A stretch of DNA of 32,000 bases, from the NCBI GenBank assembly GCA_031316235.1, contig JALDRA010000001.1:3930001-3962000 (forward strand), given 5' to 3'. Positions within the stretch are counted from its first letter, which is position 1. The number at the start of each line of letters is the position of its first letter. Position numbers and translations under genes: made by a program. Under the pieces are notes generated by a model. The model was not told where the DNA came from, ran no database searches, and worked only from the letters and a program-made list of their open reading frames with translations. This document shows positions 1-9,924 of this stretch, piece by piece. The DNA comes from Candidatus Scalindua sp. (GTDB lineage Bacteria; Planctomycetota; Brocadiia; Brocadiales; Scalinduaceae).

Positions 1-615
1 TGAAGTATGTATCCTTCCGCTTGTCTCTGTGTCAGGTACTCTTTGTACACGGTGAGTACCACTTTCATAACAAAGTTTCTGGTAAACTGAGTCGCCCTCG
101 ATAGAGAGCGTTACTTCCTTAAAACCTCCTATCTCTGTCGGGCTGCAATCAAGTATTTCTGTTTTCCATTTCTGTTTTTCAGCATATTTCGTATACATCC
201 TGAAGAGATCCGCAGCAAAGAGTGCGGCCTCATCGCCTCCAGTGCCTGCACGTATTTCCATTATAACGTTCTTGTCAGACTCAGCACTTTCAGTAACAAA
301 CTGATTCTTGATTTCTTCAAAGAGTTCCTTCTCTTTTTTCTCAAGACTACGAAATTCTTCCTTGGCAAGATCGTATAAATCTCTATCTCCGTTATTCTCA
401 GACAGTATGGTCTCTGCCTCTTCTTTCTGTCTTAACGTCTGGTCAAATTGTTGATATTTGCCGGCAAACTTTGCAAGCCTGCCATGTTCCTTCACATAAG
501 AGGTATACCTGACATTGTCTGAAATAACTTCAGGGCTTGATAAGAGTTTTTCAAGTTTGTTATATCGATCAAACCTCTCCTGAAACTTCTTTAACAATTT
601 CTCATGAATCTGCAT
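1..615 (-). CDS. prfA: Peptide chain release factor 1, N-terminal 205 codons; the gene continues beyond the window start
   Basis: The reverse frame is open from ATG (complement of 613-615) to position 1. Translation [25 protein letters not shown]...[26 protein letters not shown]...[22 protein letters not shown] carries RF1 hallmarks. It is absent from the ORF track only because no stop lies in the window. It starts 17 nt downstream of the rpmE stop. Confidence 0.9.
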   Translation of the reverse strand, partial: MQIHEKLLKKFQERFDRYNKLEKLLSSPEVISDNVRYTSYVKEHGRLAKFAGKYQQFDQTLRQKEEAETILSENNGDRDLYDLAKEEFRSLEKKEKELFEEIKNQFVTESAESDKNVIMEIRAGTGGDEAALFAADLFRMYTKYAEKQKWKTEILDCSPTEIGGFKEVTLSIEGDSVYQKLCYESGTHRVQRVPDTETSGRIHTS

Positions 616-632
616 TTCTTATCTTCGCCTTA

Positions 633-890
633 TTATCTGGCACCGGAGCCCTCTCCTCTGTCTTTGCTTTCAACAGTATTTTCCGATTTATCGGGCCAAT
701 TAAATCTTTGTTTAAATCTTTCAACCCTTCCGGCCGTATCGACAAATTTCTGTTTACCAGTATAAAATGGATGGCATTTCGAACAAACCTCTATAGAAAT
801 TCTGCTTTTTGCAGATCTTGTTTCAAAGGTTTCGCCACACCCACAAGTAACAACAGTATTAACATATTCCGGATGTATTCCCTGTTTCAT
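633..890 (-). CDS. rpmE: 50S ribosomal protein L31
   Basis: 85 aa, MKQGIHPEY...[13 protein letters not shown]...[14 protein letters not shown], the classic zinc-ribbon L31. GGAGAG lies 8 nt upstream of the ATG. Confidence 0.93.
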   Translation of the reverse strand: MKQGIHPEYVNTVVTCGCGETFETRSAKSRISIEVCSKCHPFYTGKQKFVDTAGRVERFKQRFNWPDKSENTVESKDRGEGSGAR

Positions 891-1078
891 TGTCTAAACT
901 CTCCGATTTTCTTAAAGATAAAAAATTTATTTAAAAATCTTATAACCTTAAATGGTTATGATACATATAAGTTCCAGAAACTACCTCGATTTTATCAGAG
1001 TGTATTCTTTACTGCAATAAAAAACAGAAATATTATAATGTCCGCAAATAGTATTCATCAGTAATTCAGGATAAATGT

Positions 1079-1107
1079 TTGACACTCTTGCTTTATCATG
1101 GTATTCT
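1079..1107 (+). promoter_or_regulatory. Candidate sigma70-type promoter for the O-methyltransferase-hldE operon
   Basis: TTGACA (1079-1084), a 17-nt spacer, then TATTCT (1102-1107) preceded by TGg (extended -10). It lies ~228 nt upstream of ATG 1335. Confidence 0.35.
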
Positions 1108-1334
1108 TTTTAGACTTACAGAAAACAGGACCTGGCTAATTCTCCCCACCAGCTCAGCAGGAACTGTACCCATTTGTGCAGTTCATGAAAATTGCGAACA
1201 CCTATTAAAATAATTAAACACAAACAAACACTATACGATCTGCAGACAGCAGCCTGAAAGACTCTTCGGACACTAAAAAATGTATGCAGTTGCAGGATGC
1301 GTAATCTCAACTCCTTTCACTGACTGTTTTCGTT

Positions 1335-2354
1335 ATGAAGAACCAAAGCAACCAAATTATTGAAAGCTATCGGAACAATTTGCTTGAGATTGGTTATTCC
1401 TTCTTTAAACCGAGGGTATTAATAACAGCAACCAAACTTGATCTATTTAACACGATTGGAGAGACACACATCACCGTTCGTGAAATTGCATCCCGATTAG
1501 ACCTCGATCGGGATGCGACAGAAACCTTTTTAAATGCGATGGTTAGTTTAGGCTTCCTTGGTAAAGATAAAAATTCATATTTTAATACAGAAGAGGGAAA
1601 AGAGGTATTTATCAAGGGTAAAGAGGGGTACATCGGGGATATCATTATTCTGCAGGATATGATGTGGAACAGCTGGAGTAAGCTGGAGGAATCAATAATT
1701 ACCGGAAAACCGACACGGAGACCGGATATGTTTCAGGAGAAGAGAGAAGAAACCAGAAACTTTATCAGGGCCATGCACAATACGGCCATGGCAAATGCGC
1801 CCTTCTTGTCGAAAAACATTAATTTTCCGGGTTACAAGACCCTGATTGACGTAGGTGGCGGACCCGGTACTTATTCTGTCTATTTCTGTATTGAAAATCC
1901 AGAACTTGAGTCAACCATTTTAGATTTACCCGGTACGCTGGAAATCACAAAAGAATTAATTTCTCTTGCCGATGTATCAGATCGGATTACGTTGATGGAA
2001 GGTGATTTTCATGAAAAAATTGACGGGAATTATGATGCTGCCTTCCTCGCAAATATCATTCATTGTCTCGGAGAGGAGGAGAACTCTGCATTAATAAAGA
2101 GAGTTTACCATGCACTCAACGATGGTGGGATGATAGTGATTCAGGATTTTATCTTAGACGATGAGAAAACATCCCCGCCTTTCCCTGCATTGTTTTCACT
2201 CAACATGCTATTGTTCACAGAGAACGGTAAATCATACTCATTTAACGAGATTGAAAACTGGCTTGAAGAAGCCGGGTTTAGAAATCTTGAGAGAATCCGG
2301 ATACCATTACCGAGATCCATATCTGTCTTGATAGGAAAGAAAGAGATTGTCTAA
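1335..2354 (+). CDS. Class I SAM-dependent O-methyltransferase (COMT / Methyltransf_2-like, with N-terminal winged-helix dimerisation domain)
   Basis: 339 aa. SAM motif I LIDVGGGPGTYSVYF, followed by acidic LDLP and GDFH motifs in the usual spacing. The N-terminal ~100 aa look like a helix-turn-helix. Confidence 0.8.
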   Translation: MKNQSNQIIESYRNNLLEIGYSFFKPRVLITATKLDLFNTIGETHITVREIASRLDLDRDATETFLNAMVSLGFLGKDKNSYFNTEEGKEVFIKGKEGYIGDIIILQDMMWNSWSKLEESIITGKPTRRPDMFQEKREETRNFIRAMHNTAMANAPFLSKNINFPGYKTLIDVGGGPGTYSVYFCIENPELESTILDLPGTLEITKELISLADVSDRITLMEGDFHEKIDGNYDAAFLANIIHCLGEEENSALIKRVYHALNDGGMIVIQDFILDDEKTSPPFPALFSLNMLLFTENGKSYSFNEIENWLEEAGFRNLERIRIPLPRSISVLIGKKEIV

Positions 2355-3834
2355 AAACCTCGTACACCTCTTGTCAACCATTGGCAGACCATCCGTTCTT
2401 CTCATTGGAGACTTTATGATCGACAAGTATGTTTGGGGAGAAGTCAAGCGGATATCTCAGGAAGCCCCGATACCGGTCATTAATGTTGCGTCTGAGGAGT
2501 TTCGGCCCGGAGGGGCTGGAAGTGTGGCGAATAACCTTGTACACCTGGGAGCACGTGTTTATTGTTGTGGGGTTGTTGGTGACGATATTGAAGGAAAGCA
2601 GTTAATAAAAAATTTAACAGACCTGGAAACTGATACAGGAGGAATGGTAGAGGATGATACAAGACGGACGACCGTGAAGGTCCGGATGATGGGACATCTC
2701 CAGTCTGCAGGAAGAGCTATTCAGCAGCTTTTGCGGATAGATTATGAAAACACACATGTGATAAAGAAAACTATAGAAGAAACCCTTATCCGGAAAATCA
2801 GGCTTAAGGCACATGACTATGATGTCATATTGATATCAGATATGAATAAAGGTGTGATGTCCAAAGGAATTATCGAAACTGTCATCAGTTTAGGAAAAGA
2901 GAAAAAAATACCCGTGATTGTTGATCCAAGACTGGGAGAAGATTATAGCATTTATAAAGGTGCAACTGCCATAACCCCAAACCGATTTGAAACAGAACTG
3001 TCAACAGGTATAAAGATTACGGACAGTAGCAGTTTAAAGGCAGCCGGAAAGAAATTAGTAGAAACATTACTTTTAGAGTACGCTGTTATAACGGTAGACA
3101 AGGACGGAATGTTCCTATACAGTAAAGAGGGGAAATATACCCTTGTTCCAACAATACCGAAGGATGTTCACGATGTCAGTGGTGCTGGAGACATGGTCTT
3201 GAGTGTTCTGGGATTTATTGTCGGTGCAGGGAATACCTTTGAGGATGCCGCAATGATTGCGAATGTCGCTGCAGGCATTGAAGTGGGAAAAATTGGTGCA
3301 CTCCCTATCTCGAAAAGTGAAATACTGAGTGCACTTATGGGAGGTGTAAATCCTCTCTATTCCAAGATTAAAGTCCTTGATGAGCTGGAGGAAACATTAA
3401 GACAATACCGGGAAAAAGGTAAGAAGATCGTCTTTACAAACGGATGTTTCGATATTCTCCACGTTGGGCATGTTGAGTATCTCAAGTTTTCGAGGTGTCA
3501 GGGAGACATCTTAATTGTAGGCTTAAACACAGACAGATCAGTAAGAGAACAAAAGGGACCTAAAAGGCCTTTTGTTCCCGAAGAGGAAAGAGCAAGATTA
3601 GTTTCTGCACTGGAAGATGTAAGTTATGTTGTATTTTTCGATGAGCTGACTCCCGGAAAACTCATACAGAGAATAAAACCTGATATCCTCGTAAAGGGAG
3701 AAGACTGGCGGGAGAAAGGGGTTGTCGGGCAGGAGTTTGTAGAATCTTATGGCGGGAAAGTCCTCCTTGCACCCCTTGTAGAAGGTGTTTCAACAACGAA
3801 TGTTGTCTCAAAGATATTGGAAAGAAACAGCTAG
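2347..3834 (+). CDS. hldE: Bifunctional D-beta-D-heptose 7-phosphate kinase / D-beta-D-heptose 1-phosphate adenylyltransferase
   Basis: 495 aa. N-terminal PfkB-type ribokinase-like domain (VLLIGDFMIDKYVWGEVKRISQEAPIPV; GAGDMV). C-terminal cytidylyltransferase domain (FTNGCFDILHVGHVEYL). The TTG start overlaps the upstream stop by 8 nt. Confidence 0.9.
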   Translation: MSKNLVHLLSTIGRPSVLLIGDFMIDKYVWGEVKRISQEAPIPVINVASEEFRPGGAGSVANNLVHLGARVYCCGVVGDDIEGKQLIKNLTDLETDTGGMVEDDTRRTTVKVRMMGHLQSAGRAIQQLLRIDYENTHVIKKTIEETLIRKIRLKAHDYDVILISDMNKGVMSKGIIETVISLGKEKKIPVIVDPRLGEDYSIYKGATAITPNRFETELSTGIKITDSSSLKAAGKKLVETLLLEYAVITVDKDGMFLYSKEGKYTLVPTIPKDVHDVSGAGDMVLSVLGFIVGAGNTFEDAAMIANVAAGIEVGKIGALPISKSEILSALMGGVNPLYSKIKVLDELEETLRQYREKGKKIVFTNGCFDILHVGHVEYLKFSRCQGDILIVGLNTDRSVREQKGPKRPFVPEEERARLVSALEDVSYVVFFDELTPGKLIQRIKPDILVKGEDWREKGVVGQEFVESYGGKVLLAPLVEGVSTTNVVSKILERNS

Positions 3835-3966
3835 ACTCTGGGTGGATCATACTGAGCAATCTGGTTAATCAGTTTTTGTAAACAAAATCAGAGATCAGGG
3901 GCCATTCGAAAATGAATAATGGTTTCATGCAACAGTATAAGCTGCTGTGCCAAGACTTGAGGGCAT

Positions 3967-4284
3967 TTACGTTGTCTCTCCCTTCACCCAGGACAGATAG
4001 TTTTCTGAACCTTCAATTATCGGCATAGCTATTATTTCTGGTACCAGATAACTATGGAGTTCCTTGACTCTTACCTCAATCTGTGAGAATAGTTCTCTTT
4101 TTGTTTTTAAGACCATCAAGGCCTCTTCACCGTCGCACAGCTCCCCTTGCCAGCTATAGATTGAATGCACCGATGGTATGATATTTGAGCATGCCACCAG
4201 CTTTTCTTCAACCAATGTGCGTCCAAGTTTCTTCGCTTCATCTAGAGAACTTGTCGTAATAAAAATTACTATGCAATGTGACAT
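3967..4284 (-). CDS. cutA: Divalent-cation tolerance protein CutA
   Basis: 105 aa. The typical CutA1 pattern is present: VIFITTSS..EAKKLGRTLVEEKLVACSNI.P.V.SIYSWQGE...E.LMVLKT, and ...HSY.VPEIIA.PI..G...YL.WV. Confidence 0.85.
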   Translation of the reverse strand: MSHCIVIFITTSSLDEAKKLGRTLVEEKLVACSNIIPSVHSIYSWQGELCDGEEALMVLKTKRELFSQIEVRVKELHSYLVPEIIAMPIIEGSENYLSWVKGETT

Positions 4285-4575
4285 ATTTACCCCTTACCAA
4301 AACCATTCTGAATAATTATGGCTCAATTAAAAATAGTACAAAAAAATAAAAATAATTACCTGTAATAGTAACGAAAAGATGGTTCCCTGTTTCTGTAATG
4401 GAGACAACACGGGTTCACGCCTCTATATCTCGAATCCGCTGGCTTCTCTACGCCAGACTGTTTCAAATGTCAAACCTTGAAAGCTTATTATATATAAAAT
4501 AGACCATTCATGCCAATATGAATTTGCTGGCTGAATTCAGCCCTGATCAGAAGCGAAAACGAAAGGAATGAGAAC

Positions 4576-5730
4576 ATGAAAGAGATATCAAATGAATTAG
4601 AGGAAATGAGAAAATCTGATCTCTACCGGGAGATGAAGGTCATAGAAGGAGAACAGGGACCTTACGTAAAGATTGAAAATCAGGAGTACCTATCCTTCTG
4701 TTCAAATAATTACCTTGGTCTTGCAAATCATCCTTTTGTAAAAAAAGCGGCTATTGATGCAGTAAAACAATATGGATGGGGAACCGGAGCATCGAGATTG
4801 ATTTCCGGAAATATGGAGCTACACGAAAAACTTGAATGCGAAATATCGAGGTTGAAAAACAAGAGATCTTCCCTGGTTTTTCCAACAGGTTACATGGCAA
4901 ACGTAGGTACCATCTGTGCACTAGTCGGAAAAGAAGACATCGTAATCTGTGATAAACTAAATCATGCAAGCATTATTGATGGTTGCCGTTTATCGGGTGC
5001 AGCCTTGAGAGTTTATCCGCATTGCGATGTAATAAAACTTGAAAAAATACTCAGAAATTCGACACAGTATAGACGTAAATTAATTGTTACAGATTCCGTC
5101 TTCAGCATGGATGGAGATCTGGCACCACTCCCGGATATAGTTACCATTGCCGATAATCACCATGCAAAGGTCATGGTTGATGAAGCACACGGTACGGGCA
5201 TATTCGGTAAAAATGGTGCTGGAGTTATTGAACACTTTGGCCTGGAAAATGATATTAGTATCGTAATGGGCACTTTAAGCAAGGCAATAGGCAGTCTGGG
5301 GGGATTTGTCTCCGGGGACATTGATTTAATACATTATCTCAGGAATAAGGCAAGAACTTTTATCTACACAACTTCACTTCCCCCTGCAGTCTGTGCTGCA
5401 TCGATTGCAGGAATTACCATAATCAGAAATGATCACTCCCTCCGTCATGCACTCTGGAATAATATCCATTACTTAAAAGAGAGGCTGGCATCACTTGACC
5501 TTAAAATTGTACCGTCAGAAAGTCCGATAATTCCAATCCTGATAGGAAATACCAAAAAGACTTTAGACACTGCAAAATTTTTATTTGACAGAGGGATATT
5601 AATCCCCGCCATCCGTCCCCCTACTGTCCCGGAAAAATCAAGCAGACTCAGGATAACGGTTATGTCATCACATACCAGAGATGATCTGGAAAAATTACTT
5701 GACATTTTACAAGATATTCAATATCTCTAA
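4576..5730 (+). CDS. bioF: 8-amino-7-oxononanoate synthase (alpha-oxoamine synthase family PLP enzyme)
   Basis: 384 aa. FCSNNYLGLANHP, GTGASRLISGN (BioF-like rather than the Kbl pattern), NHASIIDGCRLS, DEAHGTG, and the PLP-lysine context GTLSKAIG. Confidence 0.8.
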   Translation: MKEISNELEEMRKSDLYREMKVIEGEQGPYVKIENQEYLSFCSNNYLGLANHPFVKKAAIDAVKQYGWGTGASRLISGNMELHEKLECEISRLKNKRSSLVFPTGYMANVGTICALVGKEDIVICDKLNHASIIDGCRLSGAALRVYPHCDVIKLEKILRNSTQYRRKLIVTDSVFSMDGDLAPLPDIVTIADNHHAKVMVDEAHGTGIFGKNGAGVIEHFGLENDISIVMGTLSKAIGSLGGFVSGDIDLIHYLRNKARTFIYTTSLPPAVCAASIAGITIIRNDHSLRHALWNNIHYLKERLASLDLKIVPSESPIIPILIGNTKKTLDTAKFLFDRGILIPAIRPPTVPEKSSRLRITVMSSHTRDDLEKLLDILQDIQYL

Positions 5731-5848
5731 TACATACTCCAGTCATGTATCGTAAGATTCTATCACATAATACCTTCAAATCATTTGCATTTTCTGGGAA
5801 CGGTTAGATTGACAACAAAGGCACATCTGTTCAGAAGCGTTAATGCTG

Positions 5849-5876
5849 TTGACACTGATATGTTACGTAGTATAAT
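5849..5876 (+). promoter_or_regulatory. Near-consensus sigma70-type promoter upstream of the secretion/pilus platform operon
   Basis: TTGACA (5849-5854), a 16-nt spacer, then TATAAT (5871-5876). It lies ~228 nt upstream of ATG 6104. Confidence 0.45.
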
Positions 5877-6103
5877 TAAACCATTCACATTACATAGTTT
5901 GTGCTTGAGCAGAAAGCCTGTGGTTGAACCAAAGCAGTCCTCATGCAAGATACTTAATGTTTTTGCAGCCGAAACGTGCGGATGTTCCTGAAGACTACGG
6001 AAATATTACCGCAATGCGGCAGATGGACAGTTTTCGTTCAACTACTGGTTGGCGCGTGTATTCAACCTGATATCTCTACCGAACTTGCTGCACTCTGATA
6101 AAA

Positions 6104-7366
6104 ATGTTTTTTCCAAAAAGTGTTGGTTTATCTATTCATGAGAATGATCTGGCCATTTCGAAGGTGTCGCAGAAGTTTTTCAGCTGCACACTTGAAAGTA
6201 TGGTAGTAAAGGATTTTTTTTTAAAAGAGACACTCGATCTTAAACCGCTTATCGACGCTGAAGGATTTCAGGGAAAAGAAATCATTTTGTCTTGGCCACG
6301 GGAAAGGACAATTGTACGGGAGCTTGAGTTACCCGGGTCGAGCATAAAGGAACTGAAAGACTCAATCTCATACCAACTCGACAGCTTTATCCTTTATCCT
6401 GAAAGTGATGTGTATTACGACGTCTATCCTTCCATTTCGATCGAACAGGGAGAAAAGGCTTTTGTCTTTGCCATTAAGAGAGAAGAGCTGGATGAACTTA
6501 TGGTAAAGCTTGATTCCTTAAGCATCAAGCCGAGCCGGATTGTTATTTCATCTCTGGCTTTCATACCATTTATCAATGCTGGCAAGGTAATTATTCTGAA
6601 CAAACGTCCAGGCTTTACAACATTCAATTGTTATGAAGGACAAACCCTCGTGAAATCATCACTGGTCAGAAACAGTGATGATCTGGCGGAAGGTGTTCAT
6701 GAAATCAAGCCGGATAAAATCATTTTACTGGACTTTGATGAAAATGATGATCTTGGTTTTGATCATGCCGGGATAACGTTAGAATACTTGGAAAAGAGTA
6801 AAGAATCATTGGGCGCGGCACTCAATGGAGTGTCAGAGTATTTAGATGAATTTGACGCCTTGAAGTTGAGTAAGAAAAAAATTATCTCAAAATTCCTGCT
6901 CACCGGTTTACTTATCCTGTCAATTGTTTCTTTTGCATTTATCATCCCAGGTATCATAAAGCATAAAAAGGGCAAGGCTATCGATAAAATCAATACACAA
7001 TTAATGGCATTACAACCTGAAGTATCAAAAGTAAGCGAAATAAAGGAAGAGATTGAGGCAATCCTTGAAAAAATAGAAAAAATAAACACCATTACCAATA
7101 TTACCAGCCGAAGAATTGATCTACTTGCCGAACTTACCAAAGTTTTACCCGATGATGCGTGGATAAAATATTTATCAATGGAGGATAATTATTTTGAAAT
7201 AGAAGGGAGTGGATTGTCAGGTACAAGCGTATTAACGTTACTGGAGAAATCACCTATGTTCAGTCAGGTAAAATTTACCTCTTCAGTTACAAAGGGACGT
7301 GATGGGAAGGAAAATTTCAAGGTAAAGGTTAACATAAAAAATGATGAAAAGCCAGCTCTTCAATAA
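6104..7366 (+). CDS. GspL-like / fused PilM-PilN-like inner-membrane assembly-platform protein
   Basis: 420 aa. It has a ~260-aa cytoplasmic N-domain, one TM (LLTGLLILSIVSFAFIIPGII) and a coiled coil (QLMALQPEVSKVSEIKEEIEAILEKIEKIN). A PilN/GspL-type periplasmic domain follows (LLAELTKVLPDDAWIKYLSMEDNYFEIEGSGLSGTSVLTLLEKSPMFSQVKF). It overlaps the next ORF by 26 nt. Confidence 0.65.
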   Translation: MFFPKSVGLSIHENDLAISKVSQKFFSCTLESMVVKDFFLKETLDLKPLIDAEGFQGKEIILSWPRERTIVRELELPGSSIKELKDSISYQLDSFILYPESDVYYDVYPSISIEQGEKAFVFAIKREELDELMVKLDSLSIKPSRIVISSLAFIPFINAGKVIILNKRPGFTTFNCYEGQTLVKSSLVRNSDDLAEGVHEIKPDKIILLDFDENDDLGFDHAGITLEYLEKSKESLGAALNGVSEYLDEFDALKLSKKKIISKFLLTGLLILSIVSFAFIIPGIIKHKKGKAIDKINTQLMALQPEVSKVSEIKEEIEAILEKIEKINTITNITSRRIDLLAELTKVLPDDAWIKYLSMEDNYFEIEGSGLSGTSVLTLLEKSPMFSQVKFTSSVTKGRDGKENFKVKVNIKNDEKPALQ

Positions 7367-7940
7367 GCTTAACAAAAGAACAATCATTTTTTCAGGTATT
7401 GCCATACTTATATTACTGGTCATATTACTCGATTTACTCTTCTTCAGCCCCTTATTTCACTCTATCCGTGAATTGGATGACAAATTATCGATGAAGAGTG
7501 AATTAATAGCGAAATACCGTTCAAATATTCGGAACAGGAAATTATATGAGAAGACGCTGGATGAATTAAGCTCTTCCTATAGTTCTCTTGAAAAATTTTT
7601 CTTTCTTTGTAAAACCGAGGATTTAGCTCAGGCGAACTTGCAGGAATTTATTAAGAGCGTTGCCAGAAAAAACGGAATTATTGTTTCTAGAAGTTCTTCC
7701 AAGCAGGGTAAGTTGATTACGGAAAACCCCTTTTTAATGCTTATTCATGCAAAAGTTGAGATCAATGATGTAGACAAGATGTCAAAGATCCAATCATTCT
7801 TGTATAATATTGAATATGAAAACGAAAAACTTATTTTCGTTGATGATCTTAAACTGAGAAGCTCCGGTTTTGATATCTCAAGAGGAATATCTGCAACAAT
7901 AACACTTTCTACAATTGCAAAGCTGGACACGAAGACATAA
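7341..7940 (+). CDS. GspM/PilO-like bitopic platform protein
   Basis: 199 aa. N-terminal TM (IIFSGIAILILLVILLDLLFF), a coiled coil and a C-terminal alpha/beta domain. The call rests on architecture and position between the L-like and F genes; there is no diagnostic motif. Confidence 0.5.
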   Translation: MMKSQLFNKLNKRTIIFSGIAILILLVILLDLLFFSPLFHSIRELDDKLSMKSELIAKYRSNIRNRKLYEKTLDELSSSYSSLEKFFFLCKTEDLAQANLQEFIKSVARKNGIIVSRSSSKQGKLITENPFLMLIHAKVEINDVDKMSKIQSFLYNIEYENEKLIFVDDLKLRSSGFDISRGISATITLSTIAKLDTKT

Positions 7941-7975
7941 AAAGGACGGTTTTTCACTGTAGCACCGGACGCAAC

Positions 7976-8656
7976 ATGACAAAAACAGAAAACGTGGTTA
8001 GAAACCAGAAAAACTCAAAGACACAAATCCCTTTAAGCTCTTTTTATGGTTTGCAATATTCTTTGTACTCACTTAATCTCGTTCTTTTCTGTGTAGTTAT
8101 ATTATTAAGTATTTTAAGTGTTGCAATATATTTCTTTTCTGCAGAAAAGAAAATTCCCGTATCACTTTCAAAAACAGATATTCCGGAAATGGCTCATTAT
8201 ATTGAAAATGCTAAGCTGGTTGGTATGATGTCGGATACAGATAAAAATGATACCGGGTATTTTGATATTGTTTCTTCCAGGAATATCTTTTCTCCTGCAA
8301 GGAAAGAGTGGGTGACAAAACCCAAAGTTCCGAAAAATCTTCCAACTGCAAAGAAAATAATCGAAAGAAAAAAAGAACCACCTAAACCACCCAGAAAGAT
8401 TATCCTATACGGAATTATCATGGCGGGTGACGTGAAAAAGGCCATGATAAATAACCCTCAGGTAGGTGTGAGAAATAAAAAAACCATCTATGTTGAAGAG
8501 GGAGAAGATATCGAGGGCTATAAGGTAAAGAGCATAGAAAAAGACAAGATAATATTGGACTGGCAAGGGAATGAAATGATTTTAAAACTGTATACAGGTT
8601 CAGAAGAAGGAAATAATTCACAGGAAAACAGTGGCCCAGAATCTGGTCCGAGATAG
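7976..8656 (+). CDS. GspC/PilP-like bitopic protein
   Basis: 226 aa. TM (LNLVLFCVVILLSILSVAIYFF) and a K/P-rich linker (KKEPPKPPRK). The C-terminal beta domain ILYGIIMAGDVKKAMINNP...YVEEGEDIEGYKVKSIEKDKIILDWQGNEMILKL resembles GspC-HR/PilP. Confidence 0.4.
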   Translation: MTKTENVVRNQKNSKTQIPLSSFYGLQYSLYSLNLVLFCVVILLSILSVAIYFFSAEKKIPVSLSKTDIPEMAHYIENAKLVGMMSDTDKNDTGYFDIVSSRNIFSPARKEWVTKPKVPKNLPTAKKIIERKKEPPKPPRKIILYGIIMAGDVKKAMINNPQVGVRNKKTIYVEEGEDIEGYKVKSIEKDKIILDWQGNEMILKLYTGSEEGNNSQENSGPESGPR

Positions 8657-8674
8657 TGTTTGAAAAGATAAAAC

Positions 8675-9877
8675 ATGAATACATTCAAATATCGAATTCT
8701 GACACGAGGAAGTGCCGTAGTCGAAGGGAAAAAAACGGTCGCAAACAAAGCAGAACTTATAGCCTTTCTGAAGAAATCGGGATACATAGTATTAAATGTG
8801 CAGGAAGTTGCAAAATCAAGGAAGAGTAATTTCTTCTCTGATCGCGCCATAAAAAAGTCAACTGTGTTTTTTACGCAAGAGCTTGGTGTACTTCTTGACA
8901 GTGGAATCCCCTTAGACAGGAGCATGAAAATATTATCTGATGCTCAGGAAAACAGGAATTTCAGGGATATGATCTTAGAAATTCTTGGAGGGTTGAAGAG
9001 CGGTCAATCTCTGGCAGAGTCACTCAATACATTTCCCAATATCTTCTCGACTGTTTATGTAAACATGGTACTGGCTGGTGAAGAAAGCGGTGTTTTACCA
9101 AAAGTATTGAAACGTTTAGGTACCTTTATGGAAAGGGCACAAAAGATACGATCAGAAATAACTTCTTCGCTCATGTATCCTGTTTTCCTGATTTTTGCAG
9201 GAGTATTATCGGTGGCGGCCTTAATGTTACTGGTAATACCCAAATTTTCCACTATTTTTGCTGAAGTCGGTATCGCGTTGCCCCTTTCTACACAGCTTTT
9301 AATCAATATGAGCGATATCGGAATAAAATTCGGATGGTTAATTATTCTTTTTTTCATTGGCTTGTATTTTCTCTATCAACGGCTGAGGAAAAAAAGGTCT
9401 ATCCAGGAGGCTATTGATAAAAAAAAACTCAAGATCCCGATACTCGGAGGTATATTCTGGAGAAGCGATATATCGCGCTTCTCAAGGACATTAGGTACTC
9501 TCCTTGAAAATGGGGTACCTTTGTTAAAATCTATTGACATTGCAGAAGCTGTACTGAGTAATTCATACCTGGGAAGTATTATAGAACATATAAAGCCCGA
9601 TATAAAGGCGGGGAAAGGCTTAATCGTTCCATTAGGACCAAAGTCATTTTTTCCCGGAATAGCATACCATTTACTTACAGTTGGAGAGGAGACCGGAACC
9701 CTTGATGAGATGTTGATCCGGGTTTCAGATACACTGGATAACGATGTGGAACAAAGGATTAAAAGGTTAATCTCCCTTGCAGAACCTGCACTGATACTTT
9801 TTATGGGATGTGCTATAGGGGCAATTGTCATATCAATGCTGAGTGCAATCTTCAGCATTAACGAGGTCTCTTTTTAA
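8675..9877 (+). CDS. Type II secretion / type IV pilus platform protein, GspF/PilC family
   Basis: 400 aa with the duplicated T2SSF signature (FFTQELGVLLDSGIPLDRSMKIL and FSRTLGTLLENGVPLLKSIDIA). It has three hydrophobic segments; the C-terminus is LAEPALILFMGCAIGAIVISMLSAIFSIN. Confidence 0.9.
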   Translation: MNTFKYRILTRGSAVVEGKKTVANKAELIAFLKKSGYIVLNVQEVAKSRKSNFFSDRAIKKSTVFFTQELGVLLDSGIPLDRSMKILSDAQENRNFRDMILEILGGLKSGQSLAESLNTFPNIFSTVYVNMVLAGEESGVLPKVLKRLGTFMERAQKIRSEITSSLMYPVFLIFAGVLSVAALMLLVIPKFSTIFAEVGIALPLSTQLLINMSDIGIKFGWLIILFFIGLYFLYQRLRKKRSIQEAIDKKKLKIPILGGIFWRSDISRFSRTLGTLLENGVPLLKSIDIAEAVLSNSYLGSIIEHIKPDIKAGKGLIVPLGPKSFFPGIAYHLLTVGEETGTLDEMLIRVSDTLDNDVEQRIKRLISLAEPALILFMGCAIGAIVISMLSAIFSINEVSF

Positions 9878-9924
9878 CATGAATTCCGAACACCGACGAT
9901 GAAAGATCTCATTTGCATATCTCA

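Noticed and set aside
537-1064. 175-aa plus-strand ORF
   Set aside because: It runs antisense across the well-supported rpmE gene and the prfA start, and it has low-complexity, hydrophobic, AT-driven composition. It is a shadow ORF.
4425-4450. TCGAATCC, resembling a tRNA T-loop
   Set aside because: No complementary T-stem, acceptor stem or anticodon arm can be drawn around it.
6763-9858. Antisense ORFs within the platform operon (6763-7140, 8518-8925, 9055-9357, 9376-9858)
   Set aside because: All lie opposite strongly supported plus-strand genes and translate to low-complexity sequence.
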